From assembly GCA_965243025.1 (NCBI GenBank), contig CBDETY010000003.1, positions 6,112,001 through 6,176,000 of the forward strand: a DNA stretch of 64,000 bases. The letters are read 5' to 3'. Positions within the stretch are counted from its first letter, which is position 1; each line of letters opens with the position of its first letter. Shown here piece by piece: positions 39,150 through 48,270 of the stretch. Under the pieces are notes generated by a model. The model saw nothing but the letters and a program-made list of their open reading frames with translations, was not told the DNA's origin and did not search any database. The translations under genes were made by a program, and so were the position numbers. Source of the DNA: Candidatus Latescibacterota bacterium. Lineage in GTDB: Bacteria; Latescibacterota; UBA2968; UBA8231.

Positions 39150-39184
39150 AAACGAAAGGGCCGGTCTCATGTCGAAACCGGCCC
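39150..39184 (-). terminator. Intrinsic terminator after tRNA-Arg
   Basis: Minus strand GGGCCGGTTTC-GACAT-GAGACCGGCCC followed by TTTCGTTT. Confidence 0.7.
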
Positions 39185-39201
39185 AATGCCGATGAAACAG
39201 A

Positions 39202-39278
39202 TGGTGCACCCATAGGGATTCGAACCCCAAACCTCCTGATCCGTAGTCAGGTGCTCTATCCAATTGAGCTATAGGTGC
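39202..39278 (-). tRNA. tRNA-Arg(ACG)
   Basis: GCACCTATAGCTCAATTGGATAGAGCACCTGACT-ACG-GATCAGG...GTTCGAATCCCTATGGGTGCACCA. Confidence 0.97.
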
Positions 39279-39340
39279 ACGCCGCGCTTTCGCGCGCAAG
39301 TCCCAGCAGGCACGTAAGTTAGGCGCCGACGGCGCGGTGG

Positions 39341-40510
39341 TCAACCGGCGCCGAGGGCCTCGAGGTACTTGTACCCGCTTCCCGTGTTGAAGAGAACGAC
39401 GCGGTCGCCGGGGTCGATGAACCCCCGCTCCTCGAGGGCGACGATCCCGGCCAGGGCGGCGCCACCTTCCGGGGCGGCGAAGATGCCGGTGAGCCGCGCC
39501 ATCCGGTGCGTCGCCTCCACCAGCTCGCTGTCGCTGACGGCGATGGCGGTGCCGCCGCTCTCGCGGATCGCCCGCAGCATCAGGAAATCGGCGACCGCGG
39601 CCGGCACCCTCAAGCCGGAGGCAATCGTCGAGGCATCTTCCCAGGGCCGCGCGTCCTCGGTCCCTTCCTCGAAGGCGCGCACGATCGGGGCGCACCCGGA
39701 AGCCTGAACGGAGATCATGCGCGGCCTGGCGGCGCCGATCCAGCCGAGCCGTTCCATTTCGTCGAACGCCTTCCACATGCCGATCAGCCCGGTGCCGCCC
39801 CCGGTGGGGTAGACGATGGCGTCCGGCAGCTCCCAGCCGAGCTGCTCGGCGAGTTCGTACCCCATGGTCTTCTTGCCCTCGACCCTGTACGGCTCCTTCA
39901 GGGTGGACAGATCGAACCATCCTTCCGCTTCCCTGCGCTCGGCGACGATGCGGCCGCAGTCGGTGATCAGCCCGTCGACCAGCTCGAGACGGGCCCCGCA
40001 GGAGCGGCACTCGACCTGGAACGCCGCCGGGGTGTCTGCCGGCATGAACACGTGCGCCTCGAGACCGGCGGCGGCGGCGTAGGCGGCCAGGGCTCCGCCG
40101 GCGTTGCCGGCCGTCGGTATGGCCAGGGCGCGGGCGCCCCGGGCGGCGGCGGCGGTCACCGCGGCGGAGAGGCCGCGCGCCTTGAAGGAGCCTGTGGGGT
40201 TCGTCGATTCGTCCTTGATGTAGAGCCGCCGCAGCCCGGTCTCCGCCCCGAGACGCTGCGCACGGAAAAGCGGGGTGAACCCCTCCCCTAGGGTGACGAT
40301 GTCGTCGCCGGGACGCAGGGGCATCACCTCGCGGTAGCGCCACATGTCGGCGGGGCGGCCGGCGAGGCTGTCCCGCTTCCAGGAGGCGGCGGCCGCGTCG
40401 AGGTCGTAGCGCGCCAGCAGCGGAGCGCCCGCCGCGGAGAGGTTGTGCAGCTCCCCGGCGTCGTACCGCTCTCCCGTGCGGGAGCACTCGAGGTGGGTGA
40501 GGCCGCTCAC
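39341..40510 (-). CDS. thrC: Threonine synthase
   Basis: TLGEGFTPL, KDESTNPTGSFKARG (PLP Lys), PTGGGTG, PEGG, FNTGSG. GTG start overlaps the nadD stop. Confidence 0.92.
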   Translation of the reverse strand: MSGLTHLECSRTGERYDAGELHNLSAAGAPLLARYDLDAAAASWKRDSLAGRPADMWRYREVMPLRPGDDIVTLGEGFTPLFRAQRLGAETGLRRLYIKDESTNPTGSFKARGLSAAVTAAAARGARALAIPTAGNAGGALAAYAAAAGLEAHVFMPADTPAAFQVECRSCGARLELVDGLITDCGRIVAERREAEGWFDLSTLKEPYRVEGKKTMGYELAEQLGWELPDAIVYPTGGGTGLIGMWKAFDEMERLGWIGAARPRMISVQASGCAPIVRAFEEGTEDARPWEDASTIASGLRVPAAVADFLMLRAIRESGGTAIAVSDSELVEATHRMARLTGIFAAPEGGAALAGIVALEERGFIDPGDRVVLFNTGSGYKYLEALGAG

Positions 40511-41091
40511 CGGTAGAGCCCGTTTTCGCGGATGTAGGATTCGACCGGGCGGGGAACCAGCCAGCGGATCGGAAGCCCGGCGCTGACGCGTTCGCGGATG
40601 CCGGTGGAGGAGATGTCGATCACCGGGGTATCGACGAGAGTCACGCGGCCGGCCAGCGGGGAATCCCACGGGGGTCCGGGTCCGGCGCGCGAGCCGGCGA
40701 CCACAGTGCAGAGCTCGAAGATGCCCTCCGGATCGTACCAGGTGTCAAGCTCGGCGACGTTGTCGGCTCCGAGCAGCAGGAACAGCTCGCTGCCGGGGTA
40801 TTGCCGCCGGAGCTGCCGCAGGGTATCGACGGTGTAGGATTTCCCCGGGCGGTCGATCTCGATCCGGCAGGGCTCGAAATCCGGGGAGCCCGCAAGGGCG
40901 GCGCAGACCATCTCCCACCGGTCTTCAACGGGCAGCAGCCCGCCGCCCCGGCTCTCCTTGTGCGGGGGGTCTGCCGCAGGAACGAAAAGCACGCGGTCGA
41001 GAGCGAGGTGTTCCTTGAGAAACTGCGCCAGCAGCAGGTGGCCGGTATGGATCGGGTCGAAGGTCCCGCCCATCATCCCGAGGCGCGGCAC
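40507..41091 (-). CDS. nadD: Nicotinate-nucleotide adenylyltransferase
   Basis: GGTFDPIHTGH, SYTVDTL, LLGAD, ISSTGIRE. Confidence 0.95.
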   Translation of the reverse strand: MPRLGMMGGTFDPIHTGHLLLAQFLKEHLALDRVLFVPAADPPHKESRGGGLLPVEDRWEMVCAALAGSPDFEPCRIEIDRPGKSYTVDTLRQLRRQYPGSELFLLLGADNVAELDTWYDPEGIFELCTVVAGSRAGPGPPWDSPLAGRVTLVDTPVIDISSTGIRERVSAGLPIRWLVPRPVESYIRENGLYR

Positions 41092-41094
41092 GGT

Positions 41095-41886
41095 TCACTC
41101 CTGCCCGGGGTCGCCGACTTCCTCCAGCCACTTCTCGACCTTGCCCCTCAGCTCCTCCTCCTCGCACTCCTCGATGACCTCGCTCCAATGCAGGCGCGCC
41201 GCCTCGAGATCCTCCTCGCGGCGGGCGACGTCGCCGAGCATCGCCTTGCCCCAGCAGTACCAGCGGGTGTCGGGATAGGTGAGAAGCAGGTCTTCGTAGC
41301 AGATGTTGGCCGCCTCGAGAAAGCCCTGCTTCTGGTAGAACCAGCCTGCGAGGTACTGCTTCTTCGCCAGCTGCGAGCGGCAGGCGGCGATGCGGCTGCG
41401 GGCCTCTTCCAGCAGAGGGCTTTGCGGATTGTCCTCGAGGAAACGGCGGAAATGCGTCAGCGCCTCGTAGGTCTCCTTCTGATCGTGCTCCGAACTGCGC
41501 ATCTGCATGAAGTGCGACTCGGCGATCTGGAACTGGGCGCGTTCGAGGTAGCCGCTGTGCGGGTAGGAATCGACCAGCCGCTGGTACTCGAAAACGGCGT
41601 TGACGAAGTCCTCCATGCGGAAGTAGGCCTCGGCGAGGTGGAACTGGGCCTCGGCGACCAGGGCGGAGCCGGGGAAGTTGCTGACCACCCGCTGGAACAT
41701 TTCGACCGCCTGGAGGTAGCGCTTGCGCTCGAGGGCCTTCATCCCCTCCTGGTGGTAGTATTCGACCCCTCTGAGCGCTTCCTCCTTCTTTCCCGCGCAG
41801 GCGGAAATCAGAACCGCGGAAAGGGCGGCCCACAGGAGCGGCAGCGGCCTGCGGCGTCCGGGTTGCCGGGCAGGTAGGAGCCCCAT
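41095..41886 (-). CDS. bamD: Outer membrane protein assembly factor BamD
   Basis: Lipobox ISAC, TPRs, DQ.ET.EA...F..FLE.NP.S, QLAKKQY.AG.FY.K. Confidence 0.85.
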   Translation of the reverse strand: MGLLPARQPGRRRPLPLLWAALSAVLISACAGKKEEALRGVEYYHQEGMKALERKRYLQAVEMFQRVVSNFPGSALVAEAQFHLAEAYFRMEDFVNAVFEYQRLVDSYPHSGYLERAQFQIAESHFMQMRSSEHDQKETYEALTHFRRFLEDNPQSPLLEEARSRIAACRSQLAKKQYLAGWFYQKQGFLEAANICYEDLLLTYPDTRWYCWGKAMLGDVARREEDLEAARLHWSEVIEECEEEELRGKVEKWLEEVGDPGQE

Positions 41887-42500
41887 CAGCGATTGGAGAA
41901 GAAGAGGTAGACGAGGGTGCCGAGAACGCTGGAGACGATGGCCGGTTCGACGAAGCGGCCCCAGGTGCGCTCCTCGAGCTCCAGGTCGGCGAAATCGTAG
42001 GTTTCGTTTTCCAGCACTTCCAGCCTGTTCTTGGGGATGCTGTCGCGAATCTCGGAGGTCGACTCGTGCTGCCAGAACAGCTCGCCGGCGGAAACCAGGC
42101 GCAGGCCGAGGGTCATCCTGCAGCGCCGCCAGACTTCGCCCCCGCGCAGGCCGGACCAGCCCGACATGTGCAGGTCGACGATCCGGTAGTCGAGACGGGG
42201 GGATTCCGGGGCCGCTGCCGAAGTGTCGACCGCGACCGTCAGGTTGCGCTTCAGCAGACCCTCCGCCAGAGAGTATTCGACGATCCAGTTGGCGTCGTGT
42301 TCCGACTGGGCTGTCACCAGAACCGGGAGTTCCCAGTCGATCTCCGAGTGAAGGGTGTCGAGGCCGGAAAGGCATTCGGCCACAGCTTCCTCCGCCGCCT
42401 GGATCGTCAGATCGATGTTGGTGGGAATGTAGGTCGCCGAGGCGGTATCGACGGCCGGAGCGAGGAGGAAACCCCCGGCCAGCAGCAGGAGGATGCTCAC
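41886..42500 (-). CDS. Hypothetical exported protein with C-terminal hydrophobic helix
   Basis: Start overlaps the upstream stop (GTGA) and stop overlaps the bamD start. Signal peptide; C-terminal FVEPAIVSSVLGTLVYLFFSNR. Confidence 0.7.
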   Translation of the reverse strand: MSILLLLAGGFLLAPAVDTASATYIPTNIDLTIQAAEEAVAECLSGLDTLHSEIDWELPVLVTAQSEHDANWIVEYSLAEGLLKRNLTVAVDTSAAAPESPRLDYRIVDLHMSGWSGLRGGEVWRRCRMTLGLRLVSAGELFWQHESTSEIRDSIPKNRLEVLENETYDFADLELEERTWGRFVEPAIVSSVLGTLVYLFFSNR

Positions 42501-43195
42501 GGGCCCTCGAGGTACCTCATTTCCATGCGGGCAGCCCCGATGTACTCGCTGTCCGGGTATTCCTCGAGGAGTTTCCGGAAGGCGCTGAGGGCGTTCTCCT
42601 TCTCCCCGAGGGCCAGGTAGCAGCGGGCGATCTTGAGCTGGGCGTCGTCGGCTTTCTCGGTCTCCATGTAGCTGAAGACCTTGGTGAACTCGGCCAGCGC
42701 CAGGCGGTATTTCCCCAGGGCGTACTGGCACTCCCCCATCCAGTAGCGGGCGTTGTCGCTCCACTCGCTGTTCGCCGCCCGCGAGACGATTTCGGAATAG
42801 CCGGCAAGCGCCGCTTCGTACTGGAGCTCGCCGTACAGCTGATAGGCCCGGTCGTAGGCGCCCTGGACGTCGAAACTCTCGCTGCCCCGGACAACCCGGA
42901 CCGGTTGCGGTTCGGGTGCAGCCGGGTAGCCGGTGCGCTCATCGGGCCGGGATTCCAACCGCGCGTACCCCTCCTCGAGCCTTTGCAGCCGCTCTGCGAG
43001 GGCCCTCTCGCGGTCGTAGGAAGCCTCGACCGCCCGTTTCAGGGCTTCGATCTCCTCGCGCATCTCGGCATCGGAGGTATCCATGCGCTGCGAAAGCTCG
43101 CTGCCCGGGGCCGCACAGGAGCAGAACGCGGCAACCGCGAGGAGGGTGACAGGGAGGAAAAGCCGGGCGGGAGCCCGGTCCGCGAGTCGGATCAT
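42497..43195 (-). CDS. cpoB: Tol-Pal system protein YbgF/CpoB-like lipoprotein
   Basis: Lipoprotein signal, coiled coil, Y..AY..Y....Y..A, DNARYWMGE, KADDAQLKIA, EYPDS. Confidence 0.8.
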   Translation of the reverse strand: MIRLADRAPARLFLPVTLLAVAAFCSCAAPGSELSQRMDTSDAEMREEIEALKRAVEASYDRERALAERLQRLEEGYARLESRPDERTGYPAAPEPQPVRVVRGSESFDVQGAYDRAYQLYGELQYEAALAGYSEIVSRAANSEWSDNARYWMGECQYALGKYRLALAEFTKVFSYMETEKADDAQLKIARCYLALGEKENALSAFRKLLEEYPDSEYIGAARMEMRYLEGP

Positions 43196-43562
43196 CTGGG
43201 TTTCCAGGTGCTTTTGGGGCAGAAGGACGACTTGGATCTGAACCCGGGAATCGTCGCTGCTGATTGCGTGGATGTCGAGTTCGAGCCTGGGAAAATATAA
43301 AGCAAATGGTGAACCCGGGGCTTGCGGCTTCCACCCGGTCGCTCCGCCCGATTCGGCCAGCTTCGACAGTGCTGTGGACGCCTTGGATGCCCGGGGAGTT
43401 CCGGCGTGATCCCGGGTCAGCCGTGTGCAGAGGCCGTTCGCCTCGACCAGCCGGCCCGGCTTCCGGCAGCACCGGGCGATTGGGAACGTCTGCTTCCGGT
43501 ACCCCCGCACACCTTCCCGGGACTTGCAGGGCGCAACGGCCGGGGACTTTCTCAACGGGCTG

Positions 43563-44090
43563 TCAGAGCTTCAGCCGGCGCACCAGGTCCGACGAAGAGG
43601 CGCCGGTCCGGAGGGACAGGGTGCGGACGGTGCCTCCGGCTTCCTCGACTACCTCGCGGCCGACGACCTCTGCGAGGGAATAGTCTCCTCCCTTAACGAG
43701 AACGTCCGGCAGAAGTTCGGCGACGAGCCCGGCGACGCCCGGTTCGTCGAAAATGCAGACGTAGGAGACGGACCTCAGCTCGCACAGCAGGGCGGCGCGG
43801 TCCCGCTGCGGCATGAGGGGGCGTCCCGGGCCTTTCAGGGCGGCGACGCTGGTGTCGCTGTTGAGGCCGACCATCAGGGCGTCGCCGAGGGTGCGCGCCT
43901 CGCGCAGGTACTCGACGTGGCCCCGGTGAAGCAGGTCGAAGCAGCCGTTGGTGAAGACCACCGTTTTCCCCCCGGCGCGCAGCTGACGCCTGATCTCGAG
44001 CAACCGCGGCCGGGAAACCAGGTTCGACGGGGAGCGGTATCCGGGGTCGGCGATGCGGCTCGACTGGTGGGCTTTTCTCGCTTCCGACAT
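43563..44090 (-). CDS. rfaE2: D-glycero-beta-D-manno-heptose 1-phosphate adenylyltransferase
   Basis: VVFTNGCFDLLHRGHV.YL..AR.LGD.L.VGLNSD.SV..LKG.GRP, PDVLVKGGDY. Confidence 0.92.
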   Translation of the reverse strand: MSEARKAHQSSRIADPGYRSPSNLVSRPRLLEIRRQLRAGGKTVVFTNGCFDLLHRGHVEYLREARTLGDALMVGLNSDTSVAALKGPGRPLMPQRDRAALLCELRSVSYVCIFDEPGVAGLVAELLPDVLVKGGDYSLAEVVGREVVEEAGGTVRTLSLRTGASSSDLVRRLKL

Positions 44091-44121
44091 CGGGCTCCAC
44101 CGGGGCGAGGGCGGCAAGAAG

Positions 44122-44155
44122 ATGGCCTTCCATGGAAACACCCATGGAAGGCCAT
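44122..44155 (-). terminator. Hairpin (terminator or processing site) 3' of tRNA-His
   Basis: Perfect 14-bp inverted repeat ATGGCCTTCCATGG/CCATGGAAGGCCAT with a weak U-tract. Confidence 0.55.
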
Positions 44156-44163
44156 GTCATTAG

Positions 44164-44241
44164 TGGGGTGAGTGACGGGAATCGAACCCGCGGCCTCCAG
44201 GGCCACAACCTGGCGCTCTAACCGTCTGAGCTACACCCACC
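44164..44241 (-). tRNA. tRNA-His(GTG)
   Basis: G(-1)GTGGGTGTAGCTCAG...CCAGGTT-GTG-GCCCTGG...GTTCGATTCCCGTCACTCACCCCA. Confidence 0.97.
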
Positions 44242-44302
44242 ATGCAGCGGCTGCCGGTGCGGACCACCGGGTGCCGCCAGTTCCCTGAAGGGGGGTTTCC
44301 GG

Positions 44303-44376
44303 CGTGCCCAGCAGGACTCGAACCTGCGACATTCTGCTTAGAAGGCAGACGCTCTATCCAGCTGAGCTATGGGCAC
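44303..44376 (-). tRNA. tRNA-Arg(TCT)
   Basis: GTGCCCATAGCTCAGCTGGATAGAGCGTCTGCCT-TCT-AAGCAGA...GTTCGAGTCCTGCTGGGCACG. Followed by CCG, so CCA is not encoded. Confidence 0.96.
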
Positions 44377-44560
44377 CGGAAAAGCTCCTAAAGCCCCGCC
44401 TGGCTTGAAGTTACAGCCGAGGTCGAGCGTCGGTAGTAAATAACGGCACAGCCGCAATCATGGCAAATCGAGGGTGTCCCACGCCTTTCGACGCTCGAGG
44501 ATGAACCTGCTCCCGGTACCTTCGCGCACTCCCTCACCGTGGCGCCGGCGGGCCGAAACA

Positions 44561-44589
44561 GGAAAACCTCCGCAAGCAGGTGCGAGGTT
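44561..44589 (-). terminator. Possible terminator/hairpin after tRNA-Pro
   Basis: Minus strand AACCTCGCA-CCTGCT-TGCGGAGGTT followed by TTCCTGTTT. Confidence 0.5.
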
Positions 44590-44596
44590 GGATCGA

Positions 44597-44674
44597 TGGT
44601 CGGGGTGGTCGGATTCGAACCGACGACCCCCTGCTCCCAAAGCAGGTGCGCTAACCGGACTGCGCTACACCCCG
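44597..44674 (-). tRNA. tRNA-Pro(TGG)
   Basis: CGGGGTGTAGCGCAGTCCGGTTAGCGCACCTGCTT-TGG-GAGCAGG...GTTCGAATCCGACCACCCCGACCA. Confidence 0.97.
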
Positions 44675-44809
44675 ACGGCGAAGGGGAAGATAAACTGCGG
44701 GTCCGGATCCGGGAATCACCGGGAGGCTGCCGGAAAATCCTTCCTCGTTTCCCCGGAATCACGTTACGCTGAACCGCTGTCCGGCGATCGAAGCCGGCGG
44801 CCCGGCGAA

Positions 44810-45646
44810 TCACCCGCCGGCGGGACGGGGCCGGTACTGGTTGATTTCCTCCCTCAGGGCGGAGGCCGCGCTGCGGGCAGCCGAAGCGAAATCCTCACCT
44901 GCCGAGGCGTAGAGGATCGAGCGCGAGGCGTTGACGAGGAGGCCGGTTCCGTCGGGGCGCGCCGCGGAGCGGACCGCGGTCTCGAGGTCGCCCCCCTGGG
45001 CGCCGACGCCCGGCATCAGGATGGGAAGTTCCGGGGCCAGCGCCCTTATCGACTGCATGGCCCCGGCCCGGGTGGCTCCCACCACCAGGCCGCAGTTCCC
45101 GGACTCGTTCCACTGAGTCGCCCTGGCGGCGACCTCCTCGTAAACCATTCGTCCCCCCCGAAGCTGCCGCCCCATGATGTCGGCCGCCCCGGGGTTCGAG
45201 GTCAGGCAGAGCAGGAACGTCCCCTTGTCGCGGTAGGCGAGGAACGGCTCCATGGCGTCGCGGCCCATCCAGGGGTTGGCGGTGGCGGCGTCGGCTCCCA
45301 GCTCCTCGAAGAGCATGACGGCATATCTCTCCGCGGTCGAGCCGATGTCTCCCGCCTTGGCGTCGACGACGACAGGAATGCCGTCCGGGACGTGTTCGAT
45401 CGTCGCTTCGAGCGCATCCCATCCCGCCCTGCCGAGAGCGCCGTAGAAGGCGAAGTTCGGCTTGTAGGCGCAGACGAGGTCGCAGGTGGAATCGATGATC
45501 CGGCGATTGAAGGCGAAGACCGGATCCGGCTCGCCGCGGAGGCTCTCGGGAAGCCGCGACGGAACGGGGTCGAGACCGACGCAGACCAGCGAGTCGTTAC
45601 TCGACGTCGCCGCTGCCAGCTTCTCGGAAAAGCTCGTCGAAGTCAC
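44810..45646 (-). CDS. pyrF: Orotidine-5'-phosphate decarboxylase (type 2)
   Basis: CVGLDP, YKPNFAFY, DAKAGDIGST, LTSNPGA, VVGAT, PGVGAQGG, NASRSILYAS. Confidence 0.95.
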   Translation of the reverse strand: MTSTSFSEKLAAATSSNDSLVCVGLDPVPSRLPESLRGEPDPVFAFNRRIIDSTCDLVCAYKPNFAFYGALGRAGWDALEATIEHVPDGIPVVVDAKAGDIGSTAERYAVMLFEELGADAATANPWMGRDAMEPFLAYRDKGTFLLCLTSNPGAADIMGRQLRGGRMVYEEVAARATQWNESGNCGLVVGATRAGAMQSIRALAPELPILMPGVGAQGGDLETAVRSAARPDGTGLLVNASRSILYASAGEDFASAARSAASALREEINQYRPRPAGG

Positions 45647-46847
45647 CGTATCCCAGGGTATCGGCAAGCGGTGGCAGGGGAGGCCCGGTGCCGAGCAGCC
45701 GGTAGATTTGGAGGTCGTACGGATCTGCGGCAGCAGAATCGGTCAGGGCAGAATCGGTCAGGGCAGAATCCGTCAAGGCAGAATCTGTCAGGATCGAGTC
45801 GGTCAGGCCGGCCGTGAAGGACGAGTCCGTGAAGGCCGAATCCAGACCCGCGGAATCCGCTGCGGCGGCGGTCGCGGTGTCTGCGCGGGTGGTGTCGGGA
45901 ATCAGGACGAACGGCAGGGGTTCGGGCTTCGGGCCCAGAACGAACACCACTCCGCACTGCGACAGGAAATCCCCTTCGATGTCGGCCATCAGGATGCGGG
46001 TGCCGGCGTCCCGGCTGACCTGGACGTCTCCCTTTAACGTTCCCGAGGCCTCCTCCGCCTCGACCACCAGCGGCCGGGCCCTGGCGCCGCCGAGGCCGGG
46101 GCTCCTCGCGGCGCGCTGGAGATCCCTCTCGTACCCCGCGACGCCGTAGTAAACGGCGCAGTTCCTTCCGGCGTGGGCGGCGCTGTAGATGACGCGCCCG
46201 GAAGCGTCGACTATCCGGGGAGCCAGACACGGGCTCATGCCGGTTCCCCTGGCATCGACCACGAGCCCGGTGTACGCCTCGGACCGGGTGAAGAGGAGGA
46301 GGGAATCCGCCGCGGGAACCTCTCCCGGCGGCGGCAGCGCCACGGACGCATCCGCCAGGACGGCGGCGGAGAAACGCCCCCTGAGTTCGAGCTTCAGCGC
46401 CAGACGGTAGAGGCCGGCGCGTTCCTGACGGCTGTCGAGATCGACGCGGGCGGCCTCGATCAACGCCTCGAGCTCCATGCGCACGCCGTCGTCGGCGAGC
46501 GCCGCGGTTCCCACCTTGGTCCGGGAATCCAGGGGGACTTCCCGGGCGATGCCGGCGAGGTTGCGACGGGCCGTCTCCCGGGCCGCCCTGAATCCCGCCA
46601 GGCGGCGCCGGGCGGGATTGGTGGCATCCGCCGGCGCTGCCGCCTCGCCGAACACGGTCAGGGTGCCGTTCGTCCAGTCGATTCTGCCTTTGATAACCCT
46701 CCCGTCCGACATGGCCGACAGGGTTTCGGTGTACTGCCGGGCACTGACGGTCCAGGCGCAGGCAAGCAGCGAGACCGCCATGAGCCAGGAGGAGCTGCGC
46801 AAGGGCAGCGCCGGCGGGGTGGATATCTTGCCGGATGACTGGATCAT
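45597..46847 (-). CDS. Hypothetical exported protein with low-complexity (TDSAL)n tail
   Basis: Signal peptide, G.IDWTNG...V.G.A, YTGLVVDARG...P.LAPRIVD, repeat tail. Confidence 0.7.
   Translation of the reverse strand: MIQSSGKISTPPALPLRSSSWLMAVSLLACAWTVSARQYTETLSAMSDGRVIKGRIDWTNGTLTVFGEAAAPADATNPARRRLAGFRAARETARRNLAGIAREVPLDSRTKVGTAALADDGVRMELEALIEAARVDLDSRQERAGLYRLALKLELRGRFSAAVLADASVALPPPGEVPAADSLLLFTRSEAYTGLVVDARGTGMSPCLAPRIVDASGRVIYSAAHAGRNCAVYYGVAGYERDLQRAARSPGLGGARARPLVVEAEEASGTLKGDVQVSRDAGTRILMADIEGDFLSQCGVVFVLGPKPEPLPFVLIPDTTRADTATAAAADSAGLDSAFTDSSFTAGLTDSILTDSALTDSALTDSALTDSAAADPYDLQIYRLLGTGPPLPPLADTLGYGDFDELFREAGSGDVE
45733..45807. repeat. 15-bp tandem repeat, 5 units, in frame
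   Basis: GCAGAATCGGTCAGG x2, GCAGAATCCGTCAAG, GCAGAATCTGTCAGG, ATCGAGTCGGTCAGG; encodes LTDS(A/I) on the minus strand. Confidence 0.9.
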
Positions 46848-46863
46848 GCAATGGGGGAAGCAG

Positions 46864-47245
46864 GGCGGAGCGGCTCAGTAAGCCGAGTTCTGTCCGCGCC
46901 TTTCGACGCGGGGCGATCATTCATCTTGGGCGGCGGTTACCCGCAACCTCCTTGCGGCCTACCCGGGAGTCGAACGAGGCGGACCACCTCTCCTCCCCTA
47001 TTCGGCCTTGCTCCGGAAGAGGTTTGCCATGCCGTTTCCGTCGCCGGAAACGCGGTGAGCTCTTACCTCACCATTTCACCCTTACCCGCCGGAACCGCGC
47101 GGGCGGTATCCTTTCTGTTGCACTTTCTGTGAGGTCGCCCTCCCTGGGAGTTACCCAGCATCCTGTCCTGTGGAGCTCGGACTTTCCTCACTCACCCACC
47201 GCGTCAACCGACGGTGGGCGGCGCGATCGCCCGAGCCGCTCCGCC
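46864..47245 (-). ncRNA. rnpB: RNase P RNA (class A)
   Basis: Minus strand GAGGAAAGTCCGAGCTCC, GAAAGTGCAACAG, GGGTGAAA.GGTG.GGTAAGAGC, GACAGAACTCGGCTTA, and terminal helix GGCGGAGCGGCTC/GAGCCGCTCCGCC. Confidence 0.95.
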
Positions 47246-47345
47246 GAGTCGGGAAGCATCACCACCGGCCGCTACCGCGTCCTGCAGCCGCCTCGGGTGA
47301 TGCAGAGGTTCGGTCAACAGCGCCAGCGCTGCGGAATGGTCACCG

Positions 47346-48056
47346 CTACGAGCTGCTGTCGTCCCAGACGAGAATCGCGCCGCAGTTCTCGCAATGGAGA
47401 ACCCGCTCGTTGCGCCGGACGTTGTTTCTCTGCTGCGGGGGCAACTGGCGGAAGCAGGCGCCGCACGATTCCTTGCGCACCGCGGCAACGCGCGCGCCGC
47501 GGGTACTGCGACTGCGTTCGTAGCTCTGCAGAAGACTCTGGTCGAGGCCGCGAGTCTCCTGTTCGCGGCGGGAGTAAACGCCGTCGACCTCGCCCTGCAG
47601 GGAGTCGAGCTTTTCCTGAAGCTCGTCGATCCTCGCCTGCTGCTCGCCGACGATCTGCTCTACGTCGTTCTCCTCGATGCCGATCTGCTCGCGCAGGAAC
47701 TCGGACTCCTCGATCGCCTGCAGGATGTGCGTTTCGCAATCGGAGATCCTGGTCTTGCAGGCTTCGATCTCCATCTGCAGGGCATCGTACTCCCTGTTGT
47801 TGGTGACCTCGGAGAACCGCTCCTCCTGTTTCTTGAGCTGGTCCCTGGCCACCTCGAGCTCGCGCTCGTGGTGGCGCTGCTGCGATTCGAGCTCGGCGAC
47901 CCGCGCGCTCTTCTCGTCCAACCCCTTGCGGGCTGCCTCGATGTCGTTCTTCCGCCGCGTGATCTCTTCCGGGTACTTGCTCTTGACTTCCTCGAGCGTG
48001 CGCAGCTCCTCGTCGACGTCCTGGATCTTCAACAGCCGCAGCAGATCGTCTTTCAT
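47346..48056 (-). CDS. C4-type zinc ribbon/coiled-coil protein (DUF164 type)
   Basis: LLKIQDVD, long coiled coil, NNREYDAL, C-terminal CGAC...CENCGAIL. Located directly upstream of rnpB. Confidence 0.88.
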   Translation of the reverse strand: MKDDLLRLLKIQDVDEELRTLEEVKSKYPEEITRRKNDIEAARKGLDEKSARVAELESQQRHHERELEVARDQLKKQEERFSEVTNNREYDALQMEIEACKTRISDCETHILQAIEESEFLREQIGIEENDVEQIVGEQQARIDELQEKLDSLQGEVDGVYSRREQETRGLDQSLLQSYERSRSTRGARVAAVRKESCGACFRQLPPQQRNNVRRNERVLHCENCGAILVWDDSSS

Positions 48057-48127
48057 GTTCGATCCTGTCTCTCCGTCACCGCTCACAGGTGGGAACCCAG
48101 GCCGCGATCCGCAACGCAGGTCGTCGC

Positions 48128-48160
48128 AAAAAAAGAAAGTGCACCCGAGAGTGCACTTTC
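48128..48160 (-). terminator. Intrinsic terminator-like hairpin
   Basis: Minus strand GAAAGTGCAC-TCTCGG-GTGCACTTTC followed by T7. Confidence 0.75.
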
Positions 48161-48270
48161 TGGCATTCGAACAGCAGGTTTCCGGACCTCTTCATCACAG
48201 ATAAAACTTACCCGCTTTCGACAGTCGGTCAACCCGGTTGCGGCCGTGGAAGCAGGCCATCCCTCCCGCG

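Noticed and set aside
39202-39278. tRNA-Arg(ACG) at the core/accessory boundary as an island attachment site
   Set aside because: No integrase in the window, and I did not spot a duplicated tRNA 3' end.
43200-43560. ~360-bp intergenic region containing ...GGGTTCACCA on the minus strand as tmRNA, 6S RNA or a riboswitch
   Set aside because: No T-arm/acceptor pairing, SRP motif or cobalamin-box motifs recognisable; an Rfam search would be needed.
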